This document shows positions 10,233 through 24,093 of a stretch of 64,000 nt of DNA, one piece after another. Origin of the DNA: a bacterium (GTDB lineage: Bacteria > UBA8248 > JACPRG01 > G963555815); assembly GCA_965218795.1 (NCBI GenBank), contig OZ244653.1:3296001-3360000 (forward strand), given 5' to 3'. Numbering within the stretch: the first letter of the stretch is position 1; every line of letters starts with the position of its first letter. The position numbers were made by a program, and so were the translations under genes. Below the pieces are notes generated by a model, which was given only the letters and a program-made list of their open reading frames with translations, was not told the DNA's origin and made no database searches.

Positions 10233-12338
10233 TTACGTAACCAGCGCCTTACGCGATCCCAAATCCCCCGTTTGGTGAATGATCTCCTCAGCCACCTGGG
10301 CCGGAACTTCCTCATACCCGGCGATCTGCATGGTGTAATGCGCGCGTCCCTGGGTGGCCGATCGAAGATCAGTCGCATAACCGAACATTTCCGCCAGCGG
10401 CGCAAGCGCGGAGACCACGTGAGCGCCCGCTCGTTGAGACATCCCCAGTATCTTTCCGCGACGGGAGGTCAACTCCCCCATCACGTCACCGAGGTATTCC
10501 TCCGGAACGACGACCTCGAGCTTCATGAGGGGCTCGAGAATCACCAAGCCCGCCTTTTTCACCGCCGCCTGAAAGCTCATCGAGCCTGCCACAGAAAAGG
10601 CCAGCTCGGAAGAGTCCACATCGTGATAGGAGCCGTCCAATACCGTCACCTTCAGGTCCACGAGGGGATAACCGGCCAAGACACCCGTCTCGGCGGCTTC
10701 GCGGACCCCTTTTTCCACTGAGGATGCGTATTCCTTCGGGATGGCGCCGCCCACAATGGACCACTCGAATTCGATACCACTTCCCTGATCGAGAGGCTCG
10801 ACGCTGAGTTTCACATCCCCGTATTGCCCGCGACCCCCGGTCTGGCGGACAAACCGCTCCCGCGCCTGTCCCATCTGCCGGATGGTTTCCCGGTAGGAGA
10901 CTCGCGGTTTGGAAACGTTGGCTTCCACCTGAAACTCGCGCAAAAGCCGGTCCACGAGAACTTCGAGATGGAGCTCACCCATCCCGGACATAATGGTCTG
11001 TCCGGTTTCAGGGTCCGTCTGAATACGGAAGGAGGGATCTTCCGCGCCAAGCTTGCCCAATGACTTCGCCAGTTTCTCTTCGTCCGACTTCGTCTTGGGC
11101 TCAACCGCGACGGATATCACAGGTTCGGGGAAATCGATGGATTCCAAAAGGAGGGGGGCATTGGAAGCGGTCAGCGTGTCTCCGGTGGCCGTGTGCTTGA
11201 GACCGAGGAAAGCTACGATATCGCCCGTCCTCGCCTCGTCAATCTCTTCCCGTTTACTGGCGTGCATTCGCAACAAGCGCCCGATGCGCTCATTCCGGCC
11301 CCGGCCTACGTTCCGAACCGATTCACCGGAACGGACGATACCCGAGTACACGCGGCAGAACGAAAGCTGACCCACATACGGGTCCGTCATGATCTTGAAG
11401 ACCAATCCGGAAAACGGCATCTCATCGTCCGGCGTCCGGATTTCCGCCTCCCCCGTCTTCACTTTCTCACCCTGCACCGGCGGAACATCCAAAGGAGAGG
11501 GCATGAAATCGACAACGGCATCCAGCAGGGCCTGGACTCCCTTATTCTTGAACGCCGACCCGCACAGAACGGGGACCCCGTAGGAGGTCACGGCCGCCCG
11601 TCGGATGACAGGGATGAGACGTTCGGCCGGCAAAGTCTCACCCGCCAGGTAGTCCTCCATGATCCCTTCATCCAGATCGGCCAAGGCTTCCAGAAGCGCA
11701 TCCCGATGTTCCGAAGCCTCTTGTTTCAGCTCCGGAGGGACGGGGCCCAAACGGAACGTCGACCCCAGCGCATCCTCGTCGTAAATTCGGGTTTCCCAGC
11801 GAACCAGATCGACGATGCCCTGGAAATTCTCTTCGCTTCCCCAGGGAAGCTGAAGAACGAGCGGCTGGGCCGCAAGCCGATCACGGATTTCCGCCACCAC
11901 TCTGGGGAAGTCGGCGCCGACGCGGTCCATCTTGTTGATAAAGGCAATGCGCGGAACCCCGTATTTCTCCGCCTGCCGCCAAACGGTTTCCGATTGGGGC
12001 TCGACTCCGCCCACCGCGCAGAAGAGGCCGACCGCTCCGTCCAGCACACGAAGGCTTCGCTCCACCTCCATGGTGAAATCCACGTGGCCGGGGGTGTCGA
12101 TCATCTGAATGCAGTGGTCCCGCCATTCGCAGGTGGTGGCGGCCGATGTGATGGTGATGCCGCGCTCTTGTTCCTGAGGCATCCAGTCCATGACGGCAGT
12201 CCCCTCATGGACTTCTCCCAGGCGGTAGGTCCGTCCCGTGTAATAAAGTATCCGTTCGGTCGTCGTCGTCTTACCGGCATCGATGTGGGCCATGATGCCG
12301 ATGTTACGGATTCTCTCGATCGGGACTGTACGGCTCAT
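10233..12338 (-). CDS. fusA: Elongation factor G
   Basis: [21 protein letters not shown]; GMGELHL; start moved to MSRTVP at 12338. Confidence 0.98.
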   Translation of the reverse strand: MSRTVPIERIRNIGIMAHIDAGKTTTTERILYYTGRTYRLGEVHEGTAVMDWMPQEQERGITITSAATTCEWRDHCIQMIDTPGHVDFTMEVERSLRVLDGAVGLFCAVGGVEPQSETVWRQAEKYGVPRIAFINKMDRVGADFPRVVAEIRDRLAAQPLVLQLPWGSEENFQGIVDLVRWETRIYDEDALGSTFRLGPVPPELKQEASEHRDALLEALADLDEGIMEDYLAGETLPAERLIPVIRRAAVTSYGVPVLCGSAFKNKGVQALLDAVVDFMPSPLDVPPVQGEKVKTGEAEIRTPDDEMPFSGLVFKIMTDPYVGQLSFCRVYSGIVRSGESVRNVGRGRNERIGRLLRMHASKREEIDEARTGDIVAFLGLKHTATGDTLTASNAPLLLESIDFPEPVISVAVEPKTKSDEEKLAKSLGKLGAEDPSFRIQTDPETGQTIMSGMGELHLEVLVDRLLREFQVEANVSKPRVSYRETIRQMGQARERFVRQTGGRGQYGDVKLSVEPLDQGSGIEFEWSIVGGAIPKEYASSVEKGVREAAETGVLAGYPLVDLKVTVLDGSYHDVDSSELAFSVAGSMSFQAAVKKAGLVILEPLMKLEVVVPEEYLGDVMGELTSRRGKILGMSQRAGAHVVSALAPLAEMFGYATDLRSATQGRAHYTMQIAGYEEVPAQVAEEIIHQTGDLGSRKALVT

Positions 12339-12360
12339 CGACTTGCCTTCATTCCTCGAG

Positions 12361-12831
12361 CTACCAACGGTAATGAGCGAACGCCTTGTTGGCTTCCGCC
12401 ATCCGGTGGGAATCTTCGCGTTTCTTGATGGCGGAACCCTGATGGTTCGAGGCATCCAGGAGCTCGGAGGCCAGTCGTTCCTCCATGGTGCGCTCCTTGC
12501 GTTCCCGCGAAAAGGAAACGATCCATCGTATGCTCAGGGCCGTTCTTCGACTCGGGCGGACTTCCGTCGGTATCTGGTACGTAGACCCGCCCACCCGGCG
12601 CGAGCGGACCTCCAGGTGGGGCTTGACGTTGTCCACCGCTCGCTTGAAAACCTTGAGGGGATTATCCTTGGTCTTCTCTTCGATGATGTCGAAGGCCTTG
12701 TAAAGTATCCCTTCCGCGAGACTCCTCTTACCCTTCCACATAAGACAATTAATGAACCTGGCCACCAGCAGATCCCCGTGCTTGGGATCTGCCATAATCT
12801 CTCGATGGGCTGTCACCTTCCGACGGGGCAT
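12361..12831 (-). CDS. rpsG: 30S ribosomal protein S7
   Basis: [11 protein letters not shown]; [13 protein letters not shown]. Confidence 0.98.
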   Translation of the reverse strand: MPRRKVTAHREIMADPKHGDLLVARFINCLMWKGKRSLAEGILYKAFDIIEEKTKDNPLKVFKRAVDNVKPHLEVRSRRVGGSTYQIPTEVRPSRRTALSIRWIVSFSRERKERTMEERLASELLDASNHQGSAIKKREDSHRMAEANKAFAHYRW

Positions 12832-12990
12832 TGACTCAGGTCCTTACGTACCCTTTCGATGGCCGATTCGTTCCGTCCTGTTGCCGATACCATCCGTTGC
12901 CCGGCCAGAACGTCCTCGCCGCGCGATTTAAGATGATGAACCAACGCCTGCCTGGGAAGATGAAAGGCGCCGGGTCCTCAGGGGGTCGGG

Positions 12991-13362
12991 TTACTTAGGG
13001 CGCTTTGCTCCGTATTTCGACCGTCCTTGCCGACGTCCGTCCACTCCAATGGTGTCGAGAGTGCCTCGGACCACGTGATACCGGACACCCGGAAGGTCTT
13101 TGACCCTTCCACCCCTGATCAGGACGATGGCGTGCTCTTGCAAGTTGTGGCCTACGCCGGGGATGTAAGTGGTTACCTCCATCCCGTTGGTCAGCCGAAC
13201 CCGCGTCACTTTCCGAAGCGCCGAATTAGGCTTCTTGGGGGTTGAGGTATACACCCGAAGACAGACCCCTCGACGCTGCGGACAGCACCGCAAGGCAGGG
13301 CTTTTTGTCTTCGATTTCGGTTTACGCCGTCCTTTACGCACCAACTGACTAATGGTCGGCAC
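12991..13362 (-). CDS. rpsL: 30S ribosomal protein S12
   Basis: GTG start at 13362 (MPTISQLVR); [10 protein letters not shown]; [11 protein letters not shown]. Confidence 0.98.
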   Translation of the reverse strand: MPTISQLVRKGRRKPKSKTKSPALRCCPQRRGVCLRVYTSTPKKPNSALRKVTRVRLTNGMEVTTYIPGVGHNLQEHAIVLIRGGRVKDLPGVRYHVVRGTLDTIGVDGRRQGRSKYGAKRPK

Positions 13363-13442
13363 AGAATTCGCCCCCAAAAGAAAGTAATCCGGCCGCATGA
13401 GTCGAACCACACGGCCGGTCCATATATCAAGAAAGCCTATCT

Positions 13443-13470
13443 AATCTAGCGCTTTCGGCTGAATTGTCAA
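13443..13470 (-). promoter_or_regulatory. Putative sigma70 promoter of rpsL-rpsG-fusA-tuf operon
   Basis: TTGACA (13470-13465, overlapping rpoC stop), 16 nt, TAGATT (13448-13443). Confidence 0.6.
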
Positions 13471-16400
13471 GGCTTTTTCAAGCCGAACGACAGCTCCTCG
13501 TCTTGTATCGCTCCCGCTTTTTCGGCTTTCGATCCGATTTTCGCAGCCTCGGCGACTGGCAGGGCGGGGATGACCACTTTGCCCTCTTCTTCTACGACCA
13601 CGCCGGAAGCCTCCGCCCGAGGCTCAGGCATTTGCGTGTTCAATTCCAGCTGCTGATACCGCCGGGCCCCGGTTCCGGCGGGAATGAGCCGGCCCATAAT
13701 GACATTTTCCTTCAGGCCCCTGAGGCGATCCACCATACCACTTACGCTGGCTTGCGTCAGAACCCGGGTCGTCTCTTGGAAAGAAGCAGCCGATATGAAG
13801 CTCGGCGTGCTGAGGGAAGACCGTGTGATACCAAGGAGAATCGGTTTTGCCGTCGCAGGCTTTCCTTTTTCAGTCTCCACCTCTTTGTTCTTGGCGTTGA
13901 ATATATGTTTCGTCACCTGTTCGCCAACCAGGAAGTCGGTATCGCCTGGATCCTCGATAACCAATCGGCGAAGCATCTGTCGGACGATCACCTCGATATG
14001 CTTGTCGTTGATGGTGACTCCTTGAAGACGATAGACCTCCTGAATTTCATTGACAAGATACTTTTGTAGTTCCTTCTCCCCCAGAACATCCAGGATATCG
14101 TGGGGATTGACTGCTCCGTCCATCAGCGGTTCGCCGGCTTGGACAGAGTCCCCTTCGTGGACATTCACGTGCTTGCCCCTGGGGATCAGGTATTCGTGCT
14201 CTTCACCGGCGTCGGTGACGACGAGAACGCGCCGCATCCCGCGGACGAAACCCCCGAATCGGACCTCGCCGTCGACTTGGCTGATGATGGCCTGCTCCTT
14301 CGGTTTTCGGGCTTCGAACAACTCCGCCACCCGGGGGAGACCGCCCGTGATGTCTTTGGTCTTCGTTGTTTCCCGCGGAATCTTCGCCAGGACCTCGCCG
14401 GAATCGACCACCGCACCCTCTGTGACCATCACGCGGGCGGCCGTGGGAAGCAGGTATCGGGCGGTGGTCTTTCCATCGGCATCCTTGATGGAGATCCGAG
14501 GCTGGAGCTTTTCCTCCGCATGCTCGAGGATGACCTTCTGAGAAAGTCCGGTCACCTCATCCAGTTCTTCCTTCACGGTGACACCTTCTATCAAATCACC
14601 GAAGGCGATTCGGCCGCTTTGCTCGGTGAGGATGGAAAACGTATAGGGATCCCATTCGACCAGCTTGTCGCCCGGGCTGACTCGCTGGCCGTCGCGCACC
14701 TTGATCTTGGCGCCGTACACCACCCGATAGTGTTCGCGTTCCCAGCCCTGCTCATCCTGGATGACCAGACTTCCGTTCCGGTTCATGACGATCGTGTCGC
14801 CCTCATTATTGGTAACGGTCCGGAGATTCTGGTATCGGAGAACGCCGCCTCGCTTTGTTTCCAGCGTGGTCTGCATGGCCACCCGGCTCGCGGTTCCACC
14901 GATATGGAAGGTTCTCATGGTGAGCTGGGTGCCGGGCTCACCGATGGACTGAGCCGCAATCACGCCGACCGCCTCACCCATTTCGATGGGCAATCCCGTG
15001 GCGAGGTTCCTGCCGTAGCACAAGCGGCAGATCCCGCTGACGGTCTCGCACGACAACGCCGATCGGATGGTAATTTTCTCAATACCTGCGTTTTCAATCC
15101 GGTCCACAGCGCTTTCATCAATTTCTTCCCCGGCCTTGACCAGGACTTCGCCGCGAACGGGGTCCTTGACTTCCTGCAGGGCAACCCGTCCCAGGATGCG
15201 GTCGCCCAGGGTCTGGATGACCTCACCGCTCTCCACCAAGGATGTCACTTCAATACCGTTCGGCGTTCCGCAGTCATCCGTGGTGATGATGACGTCCTGG
15301 GCGACGTCGACCAGACGCCGGGTGAGGTACCCCGAGTTCGCGGTTTTCAAGGCCGTATCGGCCAAGCCCTTCCGGGCTCCGTGAGTCGAGATGAAGTACT
15401 GAAGCACGGTCAACCCTTCACGGAAGTTGGCCGTGATGGGGGTTTCGATGATCTCTCCGGATGGCTTCGCCATCAACCCGCGCATCCCTGCCAGCTGCCG
15501 GATCTGCTGCGTGCTTCCCCGCGCTCCGGAATCGGCCATGATGAAGATAGGGTTGAACCGGCTTTCCCGCCCGTTGCCGGCCGAAATCGGACCGGTGGAT
15601 TCGCCGGACATGACCCACTCATCTTCGGCCTGCAAGTCGCTGAACATCTCGTCGGAAATGTTCTCCGTCACGTGGGCCCAGATATCGATCACCTTGTTGT
15701 AGCGCTCTCCATCGGTGATCAATCCGTCCCGGTATTCGCCCTCGACCTTGGTCACTTCGCGTCGGGCCTTTTCTACGATATCGGATTTCGCCTCGGGGAC
15801 GTGCATGTCATCCATACCGATGGACACGCCCGCCAAGGTGGCATAGCCGAACCCGGCGTCTTTGAGGTCGTCCAAAAACCGAACGGTCGCGTCCTTACCC
15901 ATGCGCTTGTGCGTTTGGGCGACCAGGTTGGTGAGCGCCTTTTTGTCCATGACGCGGTTCACGCCTTCGAACGGCATGCCTTGAGGCAGAATTTCATAGA
16001 GCAGCACACGTCCTGTGGTGGTCAGATGCAGTTTGCCTTCCAACCGCACCCGGATGCGGGCCTGCAGGCCCACCTCCTTCTGGTCATAGGCCACTCGGAC
16101 TTCTTCCGGGCTAGAACACACACGGTTCTCACCAATGGCGCCGGCACGGGGCTTGGTCATGTAATAACAGCCCAGAATGATGTCCTGGCTGGGCACCGCA
16201 AGTGGAGATCCGCTGGCGGGCGACAGGATATTATTGGTGGACATCATGAGAACCTTGGCTTCCATCTGGGCCTCGATCGACAATGGCACGTGAACAGCCA
16301 TCTGGTCACCGTCGAAATCGGCGTTGAAGGCCGCGCAGACCAGCGGATGGATCCGAATGGCCTTCCCTTCGACCAGGACCGGATCAAAGGCCTGAATGCC

Positions 16401-17699
16401 GAGACGGTGAAGGGTCGGCGCACGGTTCAACATGACCGGGTGATTGTTGATGACCTCGTCCAGGGCATCCCAAACTTCGGGGACTTCCCGTTCCACAAGC
16501 TTCTTGGCGCTCTTGATGGTGGTTACGAACCCCTTTTCCTCCAACTGGTTGTAAATAAAAGGCTTGAAGAGCTCAAGCGCCATCTTCTTGGGAAGACCGC
16601 ACTGGTTGAGCTTGAGCTCGGGCCCGACGACGATGACCGAGCGCCCAGAGTAGTCCACCCGCTTGCCCAGCAGGTTTTGTCGAAAACGTCCCTGCTTGCC
16701 TTTGATCATGTCGCTCAGCGACTTGAGAGGCCGTTTGTTCGGGCCCAGCAGAATCCGGCCCCGGCGCCCGTTGTCGAACAACGCATCCACGGCCTCCTGG
16801 AGCATACGCTTTTCGTTTCGGATGATGATGTCCGGAGCGCGGAGCTCTTGCAGACGCATCAGCCGGTTGTTCCGATTGATGACGCGCCGGTACAGGTCGT
16901 TGAGGTCGGAGGTTGCGAACCGTCCGCCGTCCAGCGGGACGAGGGGGCGCAATTCGGGCGGGATCACGGGGATTACGGTCAGGATCATCCATTCCGGCCG
17001 GTTCCCGGACTTGCGGAAGGCCTCGACGACCTTGAGCCGCTTGATGCATTTTTTCCGCTTCTGAACGCTACCGGATTCCCGAATCTCGGTCTTGAGCTCG
17101 ACGCTGAGGGTATCCAAATCCAGGGCCGTCAGCAGTTCACGAATGGCCTCCGCGCCCATGTCGGCCCGTAATCCGGAAGCCTCGAATTCAATGATCAGTT
17201 CCTGATACCGATCTTCCGAGAGCAACTCGCCCACCTTCACGGGAGCGTCGCCCGGCTCAATGACGACGTAATTCTCAAAGTAGAGGATGCGCTCCAAGTC
17301 GCGGAGGGGCATGTCCAGGAGATTTCCGATGCGGCTGGGAAGCCCCTTGAAAAACCACACATGGGAGACCGGGCAAGCCAGTTGAATATGCCCCATCCGA
17401 TCGCGCCGAACCTTCGACAAGGTCACCTCGACGCCGCATTTCTCGCAAACGATTCCACGAAACTTCATGCGCTTGTACTTGCCGCACAGACACTCCCAGT
17501 CCTTGACAGGGCCGAAGAGCCGGGCGCAGAACAAGCCGTCCCGTTCCGGTTTGAAGGTCCGGTAATTGATCGTCTCCGGCTTTTTCACTTCGCCCGAGGA
17601 CCAGGAGAGAATCTTTTCGGGCGAGGCGACTTTGATCCGGATGGCATCAAAATCGATTGGATCTTTGGGCTTTTCGAACAGGTTGAGAATGCTGTCCAA
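13467..17699 (-). CDS. rpoC: RNA polymerase beta' subunit
   Basis: [10 protein letters not shown] catalytic motif; N-terminal Zn finger CLCG...CEKC. Confidence 0.99.
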   Translation of the reverse strand: MDSILNLFEKPKDPIDFDAIRIKVASPEKILSWSSGEVKKPETINYRTFKPERDGLFCARLFGPVKDWECLCGKYKRMKFRGIVCEKCGVEVTLSKVRRDRMGHIQLACPVSHVWFFKGLPSRIGNLLDMPLRDLERILYFENYVVIEPGDAPVKVGELLSEDRYQELIIEFEASGLRADMGAEAIRELLTALDLDTLSVELKTEIRESGSVQKRKKCIKRLKVVEAFRKSGNRPEWMILTVIPVIPPELRPLVPLDGGRFATSDLNDLYRRVINRNNRLMRLQELRAPDIIIRNEKRMLQEAVDALFDNGRRGRILLGPNKRPLKSLSDMIKGKQGRFRQNLLGKRVDYSGRSVIVVGPELKLNQCGLPKKMALELFKPFIYNQLEEKGFVTTIKSAKKLVEREVPEVWDALDEVINNHPVMLNRAPTLHRLGIQAFDPVLVEGKAIRIHPLVCAAFNADFDGDQMAVHVPLSIEAQMEAKVLMMSTNNILSPASGSPLAVPSQDIILGCYYMTKPRAGAIGENRVCSSPEEVRVAYDQKEVGLQARIRVRLEGKLHLTTTGRVLLYEILPQGMPFEGVNRVMDKKALTNLVAQTHKRMGKDATVRFLDDLKDAGFGYATLAGVSIGMDDMHVPEAKSDIVEKARREVTKVEGEYRDGLITDGERYNKVIDIWAHVTENISDEMFSDLQAEDEWVMSGESTGPISAGNGRESRFNPIFIMADSGARGSTQQIRQLAGMRGLMAKPSGEIIETPITANFREGLTVLQYFISTHGARKGLADTALKTANSGYLTRRLVDVAQDVIITTDDCGTPNGIEVTSLVESGEVIQTLGDRILGRVALQEVKDPVRGEVLVKAGEEIDESAVDRIENAGIEKITIRSALSCETVSGICRLCYGRNLATGLPIEMGEAVGVIAAQSIGEPGTQLTMRTFHIGGTASRVAMQTTLETKRGGVLRYQNLRTVTNNEGDTIVMNRNGSLVIQDEQGWEREHYRVVYGAKIKVRDGQRVSPGDKLVEWDPYTFSILTEQSGRIAFGDLIEGVTVKEELDEVTGLSQKVILEHAEEKLQPRISIKDADGKTTARYLLPTAARVMVTEGAVVDSGEVLAKIPRETTKTKDITGGLPRVAELFEARKPKEQAIISQVDGEVRFGGFVRGMRRVLVVTDAGEEHEYLIPRGKHVNVHEGDSVQAGEPLMDGAVNPHDILDVLGEKELQKYLVNEIQEVYRLQGVTINDKHIEVIVRQMLRRLVIEDPGDTDFLVGEQVTKHIFNAKNKEVETEKGKPATAKPILLGITRSSLSTPSFISAASFQETTRVLTQASVSGMVDRLRGLKENVIMGRLIPAGTGARRYQQLELNTQMPEPRAEASGVVVEEEGKVVIPALPVAEAAKIGSKAEKAGAIQDEELSFGLKKP

Positions 17700-17731
17700 T
17701 TCGTCCTCCTTTGGACCTTTGGGTTCTGGGC

Positions 17732-20700
17732 CTACCCCTCGGTTCCGACTTCTTCAATGGGTCCACCGTTGGACGCAGAGGCATCCACAGGAGTCCCGCT
17801 GCCATCTTCGATGAGTTCCACATCCAAGGCCAGGCTCTGTAATTCCTTCATCATCACGTTGAAGGATTCAGGCAGGCTCGCCTCCAGCGCGCTCTCACCT
17901 TTGACGATGGATTCGTACATGCGCGTCCGGCCGGCGATGTCGTCGCTCTTGACAGTGAGCATCTCCTGAAGGATGCGGGCGGCGCCGTAGGCCTCGAGCG
18001 CCCACACCTCCATCTCGCCGAGCCGCTGACCGCCGAACTGGGCCTTTCCGCCCAACGGCTGCTGGGTCACCAGGGAATACGGACCTGTCGACCGGGCATG
18101 GATCTTCTCATCCACCAGATGATGAAGCTTCATCATGTAGATGTAGCCCACGGAAATCTTCTGGTCGAACCTTTCACCGGTCCTGCCGTCATGAAGGTGG
18201 GTTTCCCCGTTTTCGGGTAAATCCGCGTCCTTCAGCGCCTTGCGGATGTCCCGTTCTTTGGCCCCTTCGAACACCGGCGTTGCGAATTTCAATCCCAACA
18301 CCTGAGCGGCCCAGCCCAAATGCGTCTCCAGAACCTGGCCGACGTTCATCCGCGAGGGAACCCCCAAGGGATTCAGGATGATCTCAATGGGGCGCCCGTC
18401 CGGCATGTAAGGCATATCCTCTTCGGGAACGATGATGGACACCACGCCTTTGTTGCCATGACGGCCCGCCATCTTGTCCCCGACCTGGAGCTTCCGCTTC
18501 ACGGCCACGTACGCCTTGACCAGTTTGATGACGCCCGGCGGCAACTCCGCTCCCTTGCGAAGCTTTGTGATTTTTTCCTCCATCATGCTCTGGAGGTCGT
18601 CCACCTGATTTTTCGTCGCGGCATCGATTTGGGCGATCTGTGCAGCGATGTCCTGAGGCATGGCCTCCTTGATCGCGTTGAGCGCACGAACGGGCAGGCC
18701 CTGCAGCAAAGAGGCCTCCACCGTCGCCCCCTCGGAGAGCAGGGTCTTGTCCGTGCGCGGATCCATCACGCGAGCCGTCACCTCCCGACGGGCCATCAGC
18801 CCGCGGATTCGCTCATCCCGCTCCTCCTCGATGATTCGGACCTCGTCCTGATAGTCCTTTTCAATCTTGACCACCCCGGCTTCTTCGATAGAGATGGCGC
18901 GGGTATCCTTGTCCACGCCTCTCCGGGAAAACACCTTGACGTCGACGACGGTCCCTTCAACGCCCGGCGGGATCGTGAGCGAGGTGTCGCGAACATCCCC
19001 CGCCTTCTCCCCGAAGATGGCCTTGAGAAGCTTTTCCTCCGGGCTGAGCTGGGTTTCCCCCTTCGGGGTCACTTTACCCACGAGGATGGAACCCGGACCG
19101 ACCTTGGCTCCGATGCGGACGATTCCACTTTCGTCCAGATCCTTCAACGCCTCCTCGCCCACGTTGGGAATGTCCCGGGTGATTTCCTCTTTGCCCAGCT
19201 TCGTATCGCGGGCCTCGATCTCGAATTCCTCAATGTGGATGGAGGTGTAAATATCCTCCTTGACCACCTTTTCACTGATGACAATCGCGTCCTCGAAGTT
19301 GTAGCCCCGCCAGGGCATAAAGGCCACCAGAACATTCCGCCCCAGGGCGAGTTCGCCTGCCTCGGTCGCCGGACCGTCCGCCAAAACCTTGCCCTCTTCC
19401 ACCTTTTGGCCGACCCCGACGATGGGACGCTGATTGAAGCAGGTGTTCTGGTTGGACCGTCGGTACTTGGTCAAGTTGTAAATGTTGACTCCGGGACTGT
19501 TCGCGTCGCTCTTCTTCCGGCTGTTGGAGCTGCGGACCACGATACGCGAGGCGTCGACGTCCACCACCTCGCCTCCTTCCCTGGCCACAATGACCGCTCC
19601 GGAATCCTTTGCGGCCACCCCTTCCATGCCCGTGCCGACCAACGGCGCCTCCGGCCGAAGGAGCGGAACCGCCTGCCGCTGCATATTCGAACCCATCAGT
19701 GCGCGGTTGGCGTCATCGTTCTCCAGGAAGGGGATCAAGGAGGTCGCCACGCTCACAAGTTGTTTCGGCGACACGTCCATGTAGTCCACCTCGTCGGGGG
19801 AGGACATGACGAATTCGCCTCCCTTCCGGCAGGACACCAGATCGTTGAGGAACTTGCCGTTTTTGTCGATTGGGGCGTTGGCCTGGGCGATGGTGCAACG
19901 GTCCTCGTCGATGGCGGTCAGGAATTCCACATGGTCCGTAACACGCCCGTTCCCCACCTTCCGATAGGGGGTCTCGATGAAGCCGAACTCATTGACGCGG
20001 GCGTACGTGCTCAGGGAGGAGATCAGGCCGATGTTCGGACCCTCCGGTGTCTCGATGGGGCAAATCCGCCCGTAATGCGTCTGATGAACGTCCCGGACTT
20101 CGAATCCGGCCCGCTCGCGCGTCAGGCCGCCCGGACCGAGGGCCGAGAGACGCCGCTTATGTGTCAACTCGGACAGCGGGTTCGTTTGATCCATGAACTG
20201 TGAAAGCTGGGCGCTGCCGAAAAACTCCTTGATGGCCGCTGAAATCGGCTTTGCATTGATCAAATCGTGGGGCATCGCCGATTCCAGATCGATGATGCTC
20301 ATCCGTTCCCGGATGGCCCGCTCCATTCGCACCAATCCGATTCGGAACTGATTCTCCAGCAACTCTCCCACCGAGCGGACCCGCCGGTTGCCGAGATGGT
20401 CGATGTCATCCACACTTCCCCGCGCAGACCGGAGCCCGACCAGGTACTTCATGGACTCCACCACATCCTCTTGCGTAAGGGTTCGCTGGATCAACGGGAG
20501 CGAAAGACTCAGCTTGGAGTTGATCTTCATCCGCCCGATTCGGGACAGGTCGTATCGTTTCGGATTGAGGAAAAGGTTATCGAACAGCGCGCGGGCTGTT
20601 TCCCGCGTCGGCGGGTCTCCCGGACGAAGCCGCTTGTATATCTCGATCAGCGCCTCTTCCGGGGCGGTCACGCGGTCCACCTTCAGGGTTTCGACGATAC

Positions 20701-21847
20701 TCGGATCCAACCCTCCTTCCCCTTGATGGAGGACGTAGAATTCTTCGATGCCGTTCTCTTTGATGGCCTCCAAAACCCCTGGGCTGATGGTCCGTCCCGC
20801 CTCGAGAATCAGCTCGCCAGTCTCCGGATGGACGATACTTTTTGCGCTGATGGACTCGATCAGGTCCTCTTCTTCCAGCCCGATGGATTGAATCTTGAGG
20901 TCCAACATCCGATCGTAAGCCTTGCGGGTGACCGGCCGGCCGACTTTGGTGAGGAGCTCACCCGAATCCGGATCGGCCAGATCTTCCGTGGCGCGCTGAC
21001 CGGTGAGCCGCTCTGAGAGTTTCTTCCGGAAGACCCCGGCCTTGGTATCAAAGGCAATCTCCTCCAGAGGGTAAAAGGCCTCGAGGATTTCTTCCGTCCT
21101 CAGGCCCAACGCCCGCAGGAGGGTGGTGGCGGGCAGTTTCCGACGCCGATCGATCCGGACATAGAGAATTTCTTTGGAATCGAACTCGAAATCCAGCCAC
21201 GAGCCGCGATAGGGAATCACCCGCGCGGAGAACAGATGTCTTCCGCTGTGAATGGGACCGGAATCCTGACTGAAGAACACCCCGGGCGAGCGGTGCATCT
21301 GGCTGACAACCACCCGCTCCGTCCCGTTGATGATAAACGTCCCGTTCTCGGTCATCAGCGGAATTTCGCCCAGGTAGACCTTCTGCTGCTTGATGTCCTT
21401 GATGACCGGCTCCCCGTCGAGACCCTTTTCGGTGAGCTGCATCTCGACGATGATGCGGAGCGGATCGCTGTACGTCATTCCGCGCTCACGGCATTCCTCG
21501 ATATCGTGCTTGGGCCGGTAAGAAAGGGGGTTCCCGGTTTTCGAGTCGACCACAACAGGACCGCCCAGGCCTTTAAACTCGCCCGACTTAGACACCCAGG
21601 TTCCGATCTCATAGCCGACGTAATGCAGAAAGGCCGTGCCATTGAAGTCGCTAATGGGAAAAACACTTCGGAAAACGTTCTCCAGCCCCTCGTCCTCCCG
21701 TTCGGAGGGCAGCACTTTGGCCTGGAGAAATCTCTCGTAAGACAGGAGCTGAATTTCAATCAGATCGGGAATGCCAACAACCGTGGAGACGTTTCCGAAA
21801 TCGAGCCGTTGGTCATGTCCGTTGCGTAGATTCGCATCCTTCGCCAT
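17732..21847 (-). CDS. rpoB: RNA polymerase beta subunit
   Basis: [26 protein letters not shown]; [12 protein letters not shown]; start moved to MAKDAN at 21847. Confidence 0.99.
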   Translation of the reverse strand: MAKDANLRNGHDQRLDFGNVSTVVGIPDLIEIQLLSYERFLQAKVLPSEREDEGLENVFRSVFPISDFNGTAFLHYVGYEIGTWVSKSGEFKGLGGPVVVDSKTGNPLSYRPKHDIEECRERGMTYSDPLRIIVEMQLTEKGLDGEPVIKDIKQQKVYLGEIPLMTENGTFIINGTERVVVSQMHRSPGVFFSQDSGPIHSGRHLFSARVIPYRGSWLDFEFDSKEILYVRIDRRRKLPATTLLRALGLRTEEILEAFYPLEEIAFDTKAGVFRKKLSERLTGQRATEDLADPDSGELLTKVGRPVTRKAYDRMLDLKIQSIGLEEEDLIESISAKSIVHPETGELILEAGRTISPGVLEAIKENGIEEFYVLHQGEGGLDPSIVETLKVDRVTAPEEALIEIYKRLRPGDPPTRETARALFDNLFLNPKRYDLSRIGRMKINSKLSLSLPLIQRTLTQEDVVESMKYLVGLRSARGSVDDIDHLGNRRVRSVGELLENQFRIGLVRMERAIRERMSIIDLESAMPHDLINAKPISAAIKEFFGSAQLSQFMDQTNPLSELTHKRRLSALGPGGLTRERAGFEVRDVHQTHYGRICPIETPEGPNIGLISSLSTYARVNEFGFIETPYRKVGNGRVTDHVEFLTAIDEDRCTIAQANAPIDKNGKFLNDLVSCRKGGEFVMSSPDEVDYMDVSPKQLVSVATSLIPFLENDDANRALMGSNMQRQAVPLLRPEAPLVGTGMEGVAAKDSGAVIVAREGGEVVDVDASRIVVRSSNSRKKSDANSPGVNIYNLTKYRRSNQNTCFNQRPIVGVGQKVEEGKVLADGPATEAGELALGRNVLVAFMPWRGYNFEDAIVISEKVVKEDIYTSIHIEEFEIEARDTKLGKEEITRDIPNVGEEALKDLDESGIVRIGAKVGPGSILVGKVTPKGETQLSPEEKLLKAIFGEKAGDVRDTSLTIPPGVEGTVVDVKVFSRRGVDKDTRAISIEEAGVVKIEKDYQDEVRIIEEERDERIRGLMARREVTARVMDPRTDKTLLSEGATVEASLLQGLPVRALNAIKEAMPQDIAAQIAQIDAATKNQVDDLQSMMEEKITKLRKGAELPPGVIKLVKAYVAVKRKLQVGDKMAGRHGNKGVVSIIVPEEDMPYMPDGRPIEIILNPLGVPSRMNVGQVLETHLGWAAQVLGLKFATPVFEGAKERDIRKALKDADLPENGETHLHDGRTGERFDQKISVGYIYMMKLHHLVDEKIHARSTGPYSLVTQQPLGGKAQFGGQRLGEMEVWALEAYGAARILQEMLTVKSDDIAGRTRMYESIVKGESALEASLPESFNVMMKELQSLALDVELIEDGSGTPVDASASNGGPIEEVGTEG

Positions 21848-21920
21848 TCTGCACCCTTTCAGGGACAAGTCACCGCTGAGCCCGTTCGGGCACCGGACGA
21901 AAACTCGCTACGGCGCACGT

Positions 21921-22307
21921 TTAACTGATTTCGGCTTCGGCACCGGCTTCGGTCAGTTCCTTCAGAATACTTTCAGCCTCCTCTTTTGGGATCCCGTCCT
22001 TCACCACTTTAGGCGCTGCATCCACAACTGCTTTCGCTTCTTTGAGCCCAAGGCCGGTCAGCGCGCGCACAGCCTTGATCACCTGAATCTTCTGGCCGCC
22101 CGGGGCCGTCAGGGTCACACTGAATTCAGTTTGTTCCACTTCCGCAGCGGCTTCTCCTTCGCCTCCAGCTGCGGGCGCTGCAGCCATCATCATGCTCGCC
22201 GCGGACACCCCGAACTTCTCTTCAAGGGCTTTGACGAGGTCCGCGAGCTCCAGGACCGACATGCTTCCAATGTGAGAGATGAATTCTTCCTGTGTGATCG
22301 TGCTCAT
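21921..22307 (-). CDS. rplL: 50S ribosomal protein L7/L12
   Basis: LEEKFGVSA; [18 protein letters not shown]. Confidence 0.98.
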   Translation of the reverse strand: MSTITQEEFISHIGSMSVLELADLVKALEEKFGVSAASMMMAAAPAAGGEGEAAAEVEQTEFSVTLTAPGGQKIQVIKAVRALTGLGLKEAKAVVDAAPKVVKDGIPKEEAESILKELTEAGAEAEIS

Positions 22308-22362
22308 GCGCCTTTCTCCGTTCTCCTGGACCCGGTCACAGCCGGGTTTGTCAACTTCAGCC

Positions 22363-22881
22363 TTATCCGCTCTTTTGATCGCGGATGGCCGAGAGCGTCA
22401 TGACGAAATTCGTGAGGACACCCTGAAGCGTCCGCACCAGCCCTGACACGGGGGCCTGCATGTTGCCGAGCAACTGACCGAGCAATGTTTCCCGGGGGGG
22501 AAGCTTCGCGATCCGGTCAAGGTCCGGGGCCGCGAGTTTCTTTCCCTCGAAGATCCCGCATCTGATTTCCAGCGCCGGGTGAGCACCGGCAAATTTGGAA
22601 AGCTCTTTGGCGGAATCCGTGATTTCCCCTTCGCAGAACGTGACCGCCGTCGGCCCGTCAAAATCCGACTCCAGATCCGCGAAGGTTGTCTCCCGGACAG
22701 CCCGGCGAACGAGAGAGTTCTTGACGACCTGCATTTCCGACTGATTCGCCTTGAGAACTCGCCGCAACTGCGTGATTTCGGAGACCGTCAGCCCCCGGTA
22801 ATCGGAGAGAATCGCTCCCCGGGACCGCTCAAAACGCTCCCGAAGCTCAGCGACCTTTTTCTCCTTGATCGGAGCAACCAC
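22363..22881 (-). CDS. rplJ: 50S ribosomal protein L10
   Basis: DYRGLTV; VVKNSL; FDGPTA. Confidence 0.96.
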   Translation of the reverse strand: MVAPIKEKKVAELRERFERSRGAILSDYRGLTVSEITQLRRVLKANQSEMQVVKNSLVRRAVRETTFADLESDFDGPTAVTFCEGEITDSAKELSKFAGAHPALEIRCGIFEGKKLAAPDLDRIAKLPPRETLLGQLLGNMQAPVSGLVRTLQGVLTNFVMTLSAIRDQKSG

Positions 22882-22907
22882 GAATTCTTTCCTCCAGGTC
22901 TCAAACG

Positions 22908-23612
22908 CTACCGGTAGGTGACCGCCACCGCCTGATGGTCCACCTTGACACCCGGGCCCATGGTCGTCGAGACGCTCACGGACCGGATGTAAGTCCCTTT
23001 GGCCGATGCGGGCCTCATCCGCTGGATGGACTCGAGCAATGCGCCGGCATTCTCCACGAGCGAGGCCGTGTCAAAGCTGGCCTTGCCGACCGCCGCGTGT
23101 ACGATTCCGGCCTTGTCCACCCGGAAATCGACTTTCCCCGCCTTCGCGTCCCTCACCATTCGTGCCACGTCGAAGGAAACCGAACCTGACTTGGGGTTGG
23201 GCATCAGGCCTCGGGGGCCCAGGATCTTGCCGAGCTTGCCCACCACGGCCATCATGTCGGGCGTCGCCAGCACACTGTCAAATTCCAGCCAGCCGCCCTG
23301 AATCTTTTTCGCCATATCCTCGCCACCTACGTAATCCGCACCCGAGTCCCGGGCTTCCATTTCCTTCTCACCCTTGGCGAACACCAGAACGCTGACACTC
23401 TTGCCCAGACCTCGGGGGAGGACCACGCTCCCTCGAATCATCTGGTCGGATTTTCGAGGGTCCACCCCCAGCCGGATGGCGATCTCGACAGTTTCGTCAA
23501 ACTTCGCCGCTGCGGTGGACCGGGCCAGGTCCAGGGCTTCGGGCAATGGATGCAGTTTATCCCGCTCTATCTTTTCACGGGCCGCCGAGAAACGTTTCCC
23601 GTTCGTTGCCAT
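22908..23612 (-). CDS. rplA: 50S ribosomal protein L1
   Basis: KFDETVE; [12 protein letters not shown]; TMGPG. Confidence 0.98.
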   Translation of the reverse strand: MATNGKRFSAAREKIERDKLHPLPEALDLARSTAAAKFDETVEIAIRLGVDPRKSDQMIRGSVVLPRGLGKSVSVLVFAKGEKEMEARDSGADYVGGEDMAKKIQGGWLEFDSVLATPDMMAVVGKLGKILGPRGLMPNPKSGSVSFDVARMVRDAKAGKVDFRVDKAGIVHAAVGKASFDTASLVENAGALLESIQRMRPASAKGTYIRSVSVSTTMGPGVKVDHQAVAVTYR

Positions 23613-23617
23613 CTCGT

Positions 23618-24043
23618 TTATGTCTCCACCGTGATGCCCATGCTGCGGGCAGTCCCTTCGATGATTTTCATAGCCGCCGCAACATCCCCTGCGTTCAAAT
23701 CTTCCATTTTTCGCTCGGCGATCTGCCGGACTTGATCCGGCGTAACCGTGCCAACCTTTTCCCGATGGGGCTCGCCGGAGCCCTTTACGATCCCGGCGGC
23801 CTGCTTCAACAGTATCGCGGCGGGCGGGGACTTCGTGATGAAAGTGAAGGAACGGTCCGCGAACACGGTCAGAACGACAGGGATGATCGTCCCTTCCTGG
23901 CCCTGGGTCTGGGAGTTGAAGGCCTTGCAGAACTCCATGATGTTGACCCCGTGCTGACCCAGGGCGGGACCAACGGGAGGAGACGGCGAAGCCTGACCCC
24001 CAGGCACCTGAAGCTTCAATGTGGCTGTCACTTCTTTTGCCAT
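23618..24043 (-). CDS. rplK: 50S ribosomal protein L11
   Basis: [24 protein letters not shown]; GTARSMG. Confidence 0.98.
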   Translation of the reverse strand: MAKEVTATLKLQVPGGQASPSPPVGPALGQHGVNIMEFCKAFNSQTQGQEGTIIPVVLTVFADRSFTFITKSPPAAILLKQAAGIVKGSGEPHREKVGTVTPDQVRQIAERKMEDLNAGDVAAAMKIIEGTARSMGITVET

Positions 24044-24093
24044 GATGACGCTACGCTTTCATTCTCGGCCGAAATCCTCCGGGATATCCGTCC

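Noticed and set aside
14100-20203. Long plus-strand ORFs (1023 aa and 627 aa; likewise 8953-10176, 28398-29813, 50117-52315)
   Set aside because: Antisense shadows of conserved high-GC genes with no recognisable motifs
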